A DNA stretch of 64,000 bases from Hormoscilla sp. (GTDB lineage Bacteria; Cyanobacteriota; Cyanobacteriia; Cyanobacteriales; Desertifilaceae): contig JBFRWI010000226.1 in assembly GCA_051439505.1 (NCBI GenBank), positions 1 through 64,000 of the forward strand, given 5' to 3'. This document shows, in pieces, positions 1 to 8,199 of the stretch. The position numbers and the translations under genes are program-made. Under the pieces are notes generated by a model. That model was not told where the DNA came from and searched no databases. It was given only the letters and a program-made list of their open reading frames with translations. Position 1 is the first letter of the stretch. Every line of letters starts with the position of its first letter.

Positions 1-2
1 AG

Positions 3-2090
3 CAGGCGATCGCTTCCCCATCGGACAAGAGTGCGGCCTTTCAAACCCTCTTGGCAGCAGACGCCCTGCGCTATCTGACTCTACAAGTCACGGCGAGTAA
101 ACAGTCCGGACACCCGGGAGGCTTTGCTAGCATTGCTGATGCGATCGCGGCCCTGGTGATGCTGGGTTACAAAAATATCATCACGGAGGTGGGACACCAT
201 GCCCCGGGATTCTACAGCAATATGTTCCTCGATCGCTCCCTGGAGGATATGGGCATTGAAACGGTACAGCAAATGCGCGATCGGTTTCGGGAAATGCACG
301 GACTGCTGGGACATCTGTCGGGACAAATTCCCGGACTCCTGAACCCTGCCGGACCCCTGGGACAAGGACAGCACTTCGCCATGGCGGGGGCCAAACTGCA
401 TCCGGACGTACTGTTTCCCGTCACCATTGGGGATGGTGGCATTGGCGAACCCTACATCATGAGTAGCTTTGGCCACTTCCACACCGCCTATCCCCAAGTT
501 ACCAACTTCCTGCCCATCTTAGTCTGGAACGGCTACAGCCAGGAACATCACAGCATGGTGTCTACCAAATCCAATGCCGAGATGATTGCCTACTGGGAGG
601 GTAACGGATTTACAGAAGTGATTCTGGTCAATGCCAAGGACTACGATGATGCCAACCAACCGGGGGAATATGTCGATAGCACCAATTTCTCCACCGGAAA
701 GCGCCTAGAATTTACCCAAGCAGTGCTGGAAGCAACGGACAAAGCGGCGAAATCGGCCCTGTCGGGCAAGTTGACAGTGCTGATCGTCAAGCAGTTGAAG
801 GGTGCAGGGGTCCACAAGCGGGGGGCAAAATCCCATAACCTCTATCCTGGGGATACTGTAGAAAAAGATTACATCGTCAGCGCCCTGAAAGCCCGGGCCT
901 TAACCCCGGAAGCTTGGGATTTAGTGCGGACGAACTGGGAACGGGCCGCTGGCGGACCCGCATCCCGTCAAGTGGTGACTGAGAAGGAATTGCCATTACC
1001 GGAATTGGGAAAATTGCCCTTGGAGGAATTTCCCCTTGATGGGGATAAGAAGGTGGCGACTACGGCCATGGGTGAGTTAATTGCCCACGTAGGCAAAAGC
1101 GACCCTAATTTCATCCTTTCTAATGCTGATGGCAATGCGGCATCGGGGATTAATAATGTGAACATCGCCTTGAACATCGTCCATCCCACCATTGACGAAA
1201 CCTATTTCCAAGGGCCCCAGGGTCAAGTTTACGAACCCTTGAGTGAAGATGCTTGTGCGGGGTTAGCTGCTGGTTTGGCCTTGTTTGGGGCCCGGACTTT
1301 GTGGTGTTCCTACGAATCCTTTGCTATCAATGGGTTGCCCATCTGGCAAACTGTGACTCAAGCAATGGCAGAATTGCGCCGTCCGACTCCAGCTACCATT
1401 ACCTTATTTACGGCGGGGGCCTTGGAACAAGGACGCAATGGTTGGACCCATCAACGTCCTGAGATTGAAAATTACTTTGCGGCCATGATGCGGAATGGAA
1501 ATGTTTTTCCCCTGTTCCCCTGCGATGCTAATAGTATTCAAGCCTGTTACGATTGGGCCGTAGACATGAAGAATAAGGGGATTACTATTACTGCCAGTAA
1601 GTCTCCCTTACCCGTGCGATCGACCTTCGATCAAACCCGGCAAGCATTGCAAGATGGCGGGGTAATCTTGCAGGAAACGGAAGGGAAAAAGAAAGTCGTG
1701 TTTGCAGTAATTGGGGACATGACCTTAATTCCGGTATTTGAGGCGGCGGCATCTTTAGCAAATGCCGGCATTGGGGTGCGGATAGTCTCGGTTATCAGTC
1801 CGCGCCGCTTGTATCGTCCCGAGGATACCGCCTGGCAAAGTTGTACGGAAGGTGACGGACATTTCTTAGATGATGCCGGGTTTGAGAAGCTGTTTGGCGG
1901 GGATGGGTTAATTGGCGTGACCGGGGGGACTAGCGCTATGCTGGAACCAATTATGTTGCGCAGTAACGTGAAGCGGGATACCTTTGCCTGGAAGCGGGGC
2001 GAAACTGGGTCGAGTGCTGGGGCAATCATGGCCTATAATGGTTTGACTGCTGAGGCTTTGGCCAAACGCGCGGAAGAGTTGGTAAAGTAA
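3..2090 (+). CDS. Phosphoketolase/transketolase-family ThDP enzyme, 5' end outside the window
   Basis: Motifs SGHPGG, GHHAPG, GPLGQG, GDGG...N (ThDP binding) and LSEDAC. The frame is open back to position 3. Confidence 0.85.
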   Translation, partial: QAIASPSDKSAAFQTLLAADALRYLTLQVTASKQSGHPGGFASIADAIAALVMLGYKNIITEVGHHAPGFYSNMFLDRSLEDMGIETVQQMRDRFREMHGLLGHLSGQIPGLLNPAGPLGQGQHFAMAGAKLHPDVLFPVTIGDGGIGEPYIMSSFGHFHTAYPQVTNFLPILVWNGYSQEHHSMVSTKSNAEMIAYWEGNGFTEVILVNAKDYDDANQPGEYVDSTNFSTGKRLEFTQAVLEATDKAAKSALSGKLTVLIVKQLKGAGVHKRGAKSHNLYPGDTVEKDYIVSALKARALTPEAWDLVRTNWERAAGGPASRQVVTEKELPLPELGKLPLEEFPLDGDKKVATTAMGELIAHVGKSDPNFILSNADGNAASGINNVNIALNIVHPTIDETYFQGPQGQVYEPLSEDACAGLAAGLALFGARTLWCSYESFAINGLPIWQTVTQAMAELRRPTPATITLFTAGALEQGRNGWTHQRPEIENYFAAMMRNGNVFPLFPCDANSIQACYDWAVDMKNKGITITASKSPLPVRSTFDQTRQALQDGGVILQETEGKKKVVFAVIGDMTLIPVFEAAASLANAGIGVRIVSVISPRRLYRPEDTAWQSCTEGDGHFLDDAGFEKLFGGDGLIGVTGGTSAMLEPIMLRSNVKRDTFAWKRGETGSSAGAIMAYNGLTAEALAKRAEELVK

Positions 2091-2110
2091 TTATCTCACT
2101 TCCCTGTGGG

Positions 2111-2164
2111 CCCGCCGGGGGTTCAAACCCCCGGCTAATAGCTCAAGTCGGTTAAAACCGACTA
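2111..2164 (+). repeat. REP-like double-hairpin family A (CCCGCCGGGGGTTCAAACCCCCGGCTAATAGCTNAAGTCGGTTAAAACCGACTA)
   Basis: Near-identical copies at about 6439-6492, 13803-13856, 14040-14094 (-), 14268-14322 (-), 47863-47938 (middle replaced) and 62090-62143 (-). Confidence 0.9.
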
Positions 2165-2217
2165 AAAAAATGATGCTGAAATAAATTGTAGCATTGTTTT
2201 TCCAAAATGGTATAAAT

Positions 2218-2243
2218 GTAGGGTGGGCACTGCCCACCTTACG
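2218..2243. repeat. REP-like GTAG palindrome family B (GTAGGGTGGGCANTGCCCACCCTAC)
   Basis: Related copies near 14005, 14231, 14857, 30263, 47962, 55404, 57767 and 59673. Confidence 0.85.
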
Positions 2244-2283
2244 CTACCGGTACTGCGATCTATTGTGATGAACATCGAAGACT

Positions 2284-3681
2284 ATGCGAATTCAACAAAT
2301 TTCAGTCAGCGGCTTATTTGGAATTTTTGACCATGTGATTCCGCTAAACATGGACGATCGGATCACCATCATCCATGGCCCGAATGGCTTTGGTAAAACA
2401 ATAATACTGAGGATGATAAATGGATTTTTTAACTACAGATACTCAGTGTTTCGGAAGATTCCATTTAGCAAGTTCCAATTTAAATTTGATAATGGTAGTA
2501 GTGTTAAGATTGTCAATTCCTATAACAAGAGAGAAAAGACAGCTCATCAACAGAATCTCGAATTTATATTTGAAAAACTAGATTCAGAAGCAGTTCCTTT
2601 TATTCCCAAGAGTAAAATGCGGGCTTCTGATGTTGAAATTTTGGACCATATAATACCTATGCTTTTTCGAGTAGGTCCGAGAGAATGGAGGGATAGTACC
2701 ACTGGAGAGATTCTCTCTCTAGCAGATGTCCTAGATCGTTTTGAAGATTTATTGCCCCCAGAAATGACAATGTTAGAAGAGGATCCTGAGTGGCTAAAAA
2801 ATCTGAAGAGTGAGATTGATGTTCGTCTCATAGAATCACAACGCTTGGTAAACTTTGTTCCTATTCGTTTCATAGAATCACAACAACCCATGGTAAACTT
2901 TGTTAATATTCGTTCTTCCATCTCTTATAATACAACAGGTTCAAGCTTGCCGACTGTATCGGCATATTCTCAAGAGATTGCCAAACTTATGCAAGACAAG
3001 TTTACTGAATATGGTACAATATCTCAATCTCTAGATCGAACTTTTCCGGTAAGAGTGGTAAAACAGCAGTCATCAACAAATTGGACAGATGAACAACTTC
3101 GTCATCAACTAGATGAACTTGACAAGAAACGCGATCGCCTGATCGAAGTAGGTTTATTGAATCAGGATGAAAACCCAGACATTGAGTTTCCCCGTGAAAC
3201 CAGAGATGAAAGTACCAGAAATCTCTTGTCAGTCTATGTTGAGGATGTGGAAAAGAAACTGAACGTTTTTAGCGACATAGCAAGCAAGATTGAGTTATTA
3301 AAGAGAATCATCAACAAAAAAATCGCTTATTCTTATAAAGAGATGAATGTTAGCAAGAAGAAAGGATTTGTTTTCACAACCCGTTATCATCCCGACTCGC
3401 CCTCCGGACCCAAGGAACTTTCGCCAACTGATTTATCATCGGGGGAACAACATGAGTTGGTTCTTCTCTACGAACTACTATTTAAGGTTAAACCTAACTC
3501 CCTAGTCTTGATTGATGAACCAGAACTATCTCTGCACGTAGGATGGCAGGTTGAGTTTTTAAGGGACATGCAAGAAATCACAAAACTTGCAGATGTAGAT
3601 ATTCTCATGGCGACCCATTCTCCAGATATTATCCAAGACCGCTGGGATTTGACAGTTGAACTGAAAGGACCGGAAAAGTGA
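2284..3681 (+). CDS. ABC-type AAA ATPase (AAA_15/AAA_21), AriA-like subunit of a PARIS-like defence system
   Basis: Walker A GPNGFGKT, signature LSSGEQ, Walker B LIDEPE, H-loop ATHSP. Overlaps the next gene by GTGA. Confidence 0.85.
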   Translation: MRIQQISVSGLFGIFDHVIPLNMDDRITIIHGPNGFGKTIILRMINGFFNYRYSVFRKIPFSKFQFKFDNGSSVKIVNSYNKREKTAHQQNLEFIFEKLDSEAVPFIPKSKMRASDVEILDHIIPMLFRVGPREWRDSTTGEILSLADVLDRFEDLLPPEMTMLEEDPEWLKNLKSEIDVRLIESQRLVNFVPIRFIESQQPMVNFVNIRSSISYNTTGSSLPTVSAYSQEIAKLMQDKFTEYGTISQSLDRTFPVRVVKQQSSTNWTDEQLRHQLDELDKKRDRLIEVGLLNQDENPDIEFPRETRDESTRNLLSVYVEDVEKKLNVFSDIASKIELLKRIINKKIAYSYKEMNVSKKKGFVFTTRYHPDSPSGPKELSPTDLSSGEQHELVLLYELLFKVKPNSLVLIDEPELSLHVGWQVEFLRDMQEITKLADVDILMATHSPDIIQDRWDLTVELKGPEK

Positions 3682-4544
3682 GAAAATTTCTTTCGGATGA
3701 CCGTGATGCTAACAAAATCAGATTCCTGCGCAGCACTTTTCCAGGGACTTTCCTGCTGGTAGAAGGGAGTTCTGATAAAATTTTCTACCAGCGCTTTGTT
3801 GACAAAGATGCTTGTCAATTGGTCTGTGTTTCGGGAAAACCTTCCAGCAAGCTGCGTATTATTTCAGTTCTGAAAATTTTAGAGAAATCAAGCTTCCAGG
3901 GAGTTTTGGCAATTGTTGATGCAGATTTCGATCGCCTGGAAACTTCAATATACAACAGTCCGAACCTGCTGCGCACGGACAGTCACGATCTGGAAACCAT
4001 GCTGTTGAACTCCCCCGCCCTCGATAAGGTGATTGCTGAGTTCGGATCTCAGGAGAAAATTGCTAAGTTTAATCGGGATGTGAGAACAGCATTACTGGAA
4101 GCAGGGATGTCCGTTGGTTATCTGCTTTGGGTTTCTCAGGGTGAGGGATTAAATATGACATTCAATGGGATTACATTTAGTAAGTTTGTTGACCAGCAAA
4201 CCTTGCAAATTGACGAACTCAAGCTAATTCGAGAAGTGAAGAATAAATCCCAAGCCTTATCCTTGAAAAATGAAGATCTTCAACAAAGGATAATGATCCA
4301 AAGAAGCAACAGTCACGATCGCTGGCAAGTCTGCTGCGGTCACCACTTAGTAGAAATTCTGTCTCTGGGCCTACGGAAAGCAATTGGTTCCAACAAAGCT
4401 GCTGATGTTGAACCCCATAGTCTCGAACGCAATTTGCGACTTGCTTACGAGGAAGTATATTTTCGGAAAACAGGACTGTACTCTGACATGAGAACATGGG
4501 AAAGTAACAATCATCCTTTTCGGGTTTTGCCGAATGACACATAG
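3678..4544 (+). CDS. DUF4435/TOPRIM-like nuclease, AriB-like
   Basis: TOPRIM-type LLVEGSSD and IVDADFD motifs plus DLETMLL. Translationally coupled to the ATPase. Confidence 0.75.
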   Translation: MRKFLSDDRDANKIRFLRSTFPGTFLLVEGSSDKIFYQRFVDKDACQLVCVSGKPSSKLRIISVLKILEKSSFQGVLAIVDADFDRLETSIYNSPNLLRTDSHDLETMLLNSPALDKVIAEFGSQEKIAKFNRDVRTALLEAGMSVGYLLWVSQGEGLNMTFNGITFSKFVDQQTLQIDELKLIREVKNKSQALSLKNEDLQQRIMIQRSNSHDRWQVCCGHHLVEILSLGLRKAIGSNKAADVEPHSLERNLRLAYEEVYFRKTGLYSDMRTWESNNHPFRVLPNDT

Positions 4545-4590
4545 CTTACCATCGATCGGGTACACTGCAATGCAAGACATTAGTAGGTTG

Positions 4591-4710
4591 GGGTGCATCT
4601 CAATTGTGTAAGGGCGAAGCATTCGGGAATGATATTTGTCTATTTATAACATAACTTATCGCCCGAATGCTTCGCCCCTACAGATATATTTGCAAATGTA
4701 AGATGCACCC
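4591..4710. mobile_element. 120-bp MITE with GGGTGCATCT terminal inverted repeats and 8-bp target duplication
   Basis: Ends GGGTGCATCT...AGATGCACCC. GTAGGTTG is repeated at 4583-4590 and 4711-4718. It carries an internal inverted pair GGGCGAAGCATTCGGG...CCCGAATGCTTCGCCC. Confidence 0.85.
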
Positions 4711-4792
4711 GTAGGTTGGCTTGTCGAAAGAAACCCAACAAGCGCAACAACGCCAACAACATCGTTGGGTTTCGTGCCTCAACCCAACCTAC
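4711..4792. repeat. REP-like family D (GTAGGTTGG...AACCCAAC...CAACCTAC)
   Basis: Related copies at about 49294-49370 and 63935-63962. Confidence 0.75.
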
Positions 4793-4812
4793 GAGTATTT
4801 CCCCATCAGAAA

Positions 4813-5691
4813 TTATGTCTTGAGACTGTGTTCCTTACATATTTCCAAATACCGATACAAATACTCGGAAACCATCCCGTGAATGAATAAATCTCGCGCT
4901 GCATTAAAAGGACTGTTGGGCGCTAGAGGATGGCGATTGGTAATTACATGATTCCATCGATAATCCCCAGTCAAAGCACTGACATAAAAGCTCAGATTTT
5001 CGTCAAACTGCAAAGACATCACCGCCCTGGCAAATTCATCGCTCGTCAGAAAGAGAGAATAAAATACCTTAAACAATTCAATGCCTGATTCTAAATCCAG
5101 AAATTTCAGCCAATGGCGTTTATTAACATTTACCTCCACTTCTGGAGGCTGAATGCTATCGTAATTAATTCCTCGCTGCTTGACCTCCTCCAGCCAATTT
5201 GGATTAGCTTTTTTAGCTTTGTTATAATCGAACACGAAATTATAGAGAATTAGATCGTGTTCGACAAAAACATTATCGGCGATATCGGCAATTTTACGCG
5301 GGTAAAGTTCTGACTTCTGCATTGTCGGATCTGGTCCGTTATCAATTAGAAAATTGACAAGATTAGAACCCGTACATATATGCCTGACAATCAGATAACA
5401 TGCTTCTGGTGAGACAAAATGTTCCAGGAAAAAAGCTGCCGATCGGTGCATTAAACTGTAATTTTTGAATTGAAAAGGCAGCAACCTTTTGACGGTCATA
5501 ATAATTGCCAGCAGCAGGTTTGCCGTCAATTTGATCGGAATTAACAAATAGTTGCGAGTCCAACTTTGCAAATCCCGAATCATGTAAGTTTTCGCCCGCA
5601 AATCCAGGGGGATAGCATCATCTATATAGAGGGCATCCCAAACGCTGGGGTCTCGCCGATCGTGCGGTTGCGGTTGGTGCAATTCTGCCAT
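4813..5691 (-). CDS. Conserved hypothetical protein (DUF6999-like), last gene of the KS-HDO operon
   Basis: ATG at 5691 overlaps the upstream TAA (TAATG). Contains one hydrophobic helix plus VRH and EHD motifs. Confidence 0.65.
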   Translation of the reverse strand: MAELHQPQPHDRRDPSVWDALYIDDAIPLDLRAKTYMIRDLQSWTRNYLLIPIKLTANLLLAIIMTVKRLLPFQFKNYSLMHRSAAFFLEHFVSPEACYLIVRHICTGSNLVNFLIDNGPDPTMQKSELYPRKIADIADNVFVEHDLILYNFVFDYNKAKKANPNWLEEVKQRGINYDSIQPPEVEVNVNKRHWLKFLDLESGIELFKVFYSLFLTSDEFARAVMSLQFDENLSFYVSALTGDYRWNHVITNRHPLAPNSPFNAARDLFIHGMVSEYLYRYLEICKEHSLKT

Positions 5692-6386
5692 TATTGTATT
5701 TCCTCCAGTTGTAAAATATACAAACGAGCCGTCACCCGAGCAGTTTTTACAATCCGTTTGGCAATTTCTGGGGTCATCCATTCGGCATTCAGAATGGCAT
5801 CTAATTTGCCGATGTGAGCGTCGTCATTAGCGCTATGATAGCCCAAGAAAGATACATGCTCGTCCTGCAATTTCAAGTCTTTTTTGATTTGATCTGCCCA
5901 CTTACCGGCCCATTTATTACCCAAACTTTCAATGATGAAGATACTGCCAACTAAATCTACGGGATTTTCTTGGGATGCTTGATGGAAAATAAAGGCTGAT
6001 AATGCCTCGCTGCCAATGTTTTTTTCCGCTTGGACGATATCTTCTAACGCGCCACCTGTGGAAACGTAATTGCGCTCCAACATTTGATAATCTCGATGTT
6101 CGTCTTGGGCATGTCCGATGAAGGTGGAACGCATGGAAAAATCGATCATGTTAGAAGCGGCCCGCGCGATCCACCGCGCCCCTTCTACTACTTGGGGACG
6201 CAAATTTTTCAACAAAGCTTGATAATCTGCTAAGGTAAATTCTCCCCGATTTAATTTGCGAATCATCGGTACGGTTTGCAATTGCCGCTCGAATTCTAAC
6301 CACACTAACATGAGTTGGCGCAGTAATTCTGCCGATACTGTCGATCGCGCGGATATTGCTGGTGCTTCAATTTGCGAGCTGGTCAT
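5691..6386 (-). CDS. Heme-oxygenase-like diiron ('iron-containing redox') enzyme
   Basis: Helical protein with metal-ligand motifs AQDEHRD, IIESLG and YHSANDDAH. Confidence 0.75.
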   Translation of the reverse strand: MTSSQIEAPAISARSTVSAELLRQLMLVWLEFERQLQTVPMIRKLNRGEFTLADYQALLKNLRPQVVEGARWIARAASNMIDFSMRSTFIGHAQDEHRDYQMLERNYVSTGGALEDIVQAEKNIGSEALSAFIFHQASQENPVDLVGSIFIIESLGNKWAGKWADQIKKDLKLQDEHVSFLGYHSANDDAHIGKLDAILNAEWMTPEIAKRIVKTARVTARLYILQLEEIQ

Positions 6387-6543
6387 GTTATTTCTCCCAT
6401 TGGCTATTTGTTGACGATTATAATCACTTCGCTGTCAGCCCGCCGGGGGTTCAAACCCCCGGCTAATAGCTTAAGTCGGTTAAAACCGACTAGATAATAA
6501 ATGATGCTGAAACTAATTGTAGCATTTTTTTTATTAGATCGGA

Positions 6544-7668
6544 TTATACAACGGTCATGAGCAGGTAAGCTGTAGTAAATCTACCGCTTTCGGGCACGAA
6601 GCAAAATATTTTTTGTCCTGGTAGCAGTTTGCCAGAGTTAAACAATTCTTCTAGCATGAGGTAAATGGAGGCGCAACCTGTATTACCCTTAGTGTAAAGA
6701 TTTGTAAACCACTTTTCTTCGGGAATCATGCAATCTGCTTTTTCTAGCAATTCCACAATTTGACTCTTGAAAAAATGAGATGAGTAGTGGCACAGCAACC
6801 AATCTATTTCTCCTGGGGACACTCTACCTGCTTCTATTAATTTTAACCATCCTTCTATCCCCCGTTTGATTACCTCATCTAGCAGGCGAATGTTTTGGCG
6901 CAAATTGATCGCGCCGCTGGCGGCTGCTTCGCCGTAGGATGTATAATCTAACCAGCTTTTGGATGTACTCGGATCTTCTATTCCCGCATACATGCACACT
7001 GGATAATCACTGGCGTAGGAGGTTAATTCTATCCATTCTATCTTCAGACTTATGCCCCTGCTATTGGGCCGATCGCGCACTAGGAAAGCACCGGCTCCAT
7101 CCGACAGCATCCAGCGGAGAAATTCCACGTCAAAGGGCAATTTTTTGCCGGCTTTGATCCGGTTTTCGGCTTCAAAATTGCTATGCTTGAACAGGCGGGA
7201 TGCTAATTCCGATGCTACCGCGATCGCGGTCTTTTTTTTCCCCAACTGAATTTGGGATAGGACATAATTTAATGCTGCTACTCCGGCGCAGCAAACTCCT
7301 TGTGTTGAAACTATTTCTAAAGGAGATAATTCTGTTAACTCCCCGTGGACCATACTGGCAAATCCCGGCAATAATAAATCCGGCCAGCTTGTCGCGCAAG
7401 CTAATAATTCGATCGCGGATGGTTCCAAGTCAATTTGCGCCAACGCATCTCGCACTGCCAGCGCTGCCATTTGGCTATTTGAGTGGGTTGTCTTTTGCTC
7501 TCGGTCTATGGCATAATAGCGCTGTTGAATGCCGTTACTTTTTAAGATGCGGCTTTTCGCTTTCGACGGGCGATCGGCTACTTTTCCTAAGTAGTCTTCT
7601 ATTTCATCATTACTAATTGGCTTTCCTGGCAGAAATTTGCCAATGGTTGTAATATAGGCTTCGGACAT
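6544..7668 (-). CDS. DarB/StlD-like beta-ketoacyl synthase III
   Basis: Cys-His-Asn triad (GVCCAG, LCHYSS, GNTG), plus WMLSDGAGA and VPESGRF. Confidence 0.85.
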   Translation of the reverse strand: MSEAYITTIGKFLPGKPISNDEIEDYLGKVADRPSKAKSRILKSNGIQQRYYAIDREQKTTHSNSQMAALAVRDALAQIDLEPSAIELLACATSWPDLLLPGFASMVHGELTELSPLEIVSTQGVCCAGVAALNYVLSQIQLGKKKTAIAVASELASRLFKHSNFEAENRIKAGKKLPFDVEFLRWMLSDGAGAFLVRDRPNSRGISLKIEWIELTSYASDYPVCMYAGIEDPSTSKSWLDYTSYGEAAASGAINLRQNIRLLDEVIKRGIEGWLKLIEAGRVSPGEIDWLLCHYSSHFFKSQIVELLEKADCMIPEEKWFTNLYTKGNTGCASIYLMLEELFNSGKLLPGQKIFCFVPESGRFTTAYLLMTVV

Positions 7669-7873
7669 GGAAATTATCCAGTTATTTTAGTTAATTAACA
7701 ACCAGACCGCATATGGCTTGTACCCTATAAATACCAGGATATCAGCTCCCCAAGCTCTCAAAAATAAAATAAAGATTAAGATTGGACTTGAGAACCGGTA
7801 CCCCCTGGCGATTAAACAGAGCCACCAACGGGGGTGAAGTGCGAAGATTGCAGGAATTGCTAGAGAAGACAGG

Positions 7874-8084
7874 GTAGGGGCACGGCATCAAAAAGATTTC
7901 GGTTCAGATGATTATGTTACTCTCGCCGTGCCCCGGCCCCATGGGTGAGTCCGGTTCAGCAGGTAGTGCCCCGGTACCCATGCGATCGGGTATCGGACGA
8001 TCGGGTAAATTGTTGAATGTGGCCGGTGTACGGCAACAGATAATTGGCGGGCGATGGTGTTAATTTGCGGATGCCGTGCCCCTA
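7874..8084. repeat. Paired REP-like family C (GTAGGGGCACGGCAT...TGCCGTGCCCCTAC)
   Basis: Inverted pairs here and at about 12045-12109 and 38875-38937. Confidence 0.75.
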
Positions 8085-8160
8085 CAATTAATTGGTTGGG
8101 ATGGGTGAATTGGTGGTATGATTTTTGATATTGGTCTCGGAGATATTGGGCTGGATAGAT

Positions 8161-8197
8161 CTGACAATTGACAATTGACAATTGACAATTGTCAATT
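8161..8197. repeat. STRR-type heptamer tandem (TGACAAT)n
   Basis: Direct heptamer run. Other runs at 16860-16894 (ACAACTG), 22157-22210, 24280-24360 and 27433-27521. Confidence 0.85.
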
Positions 8198-8199
8198 CC

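Noticed and set aside
7790..7877. Peptidoglycan-binding-like snippet GGEVRRLQELL
   Set aside because: Too short, no start codon, and could be chance.
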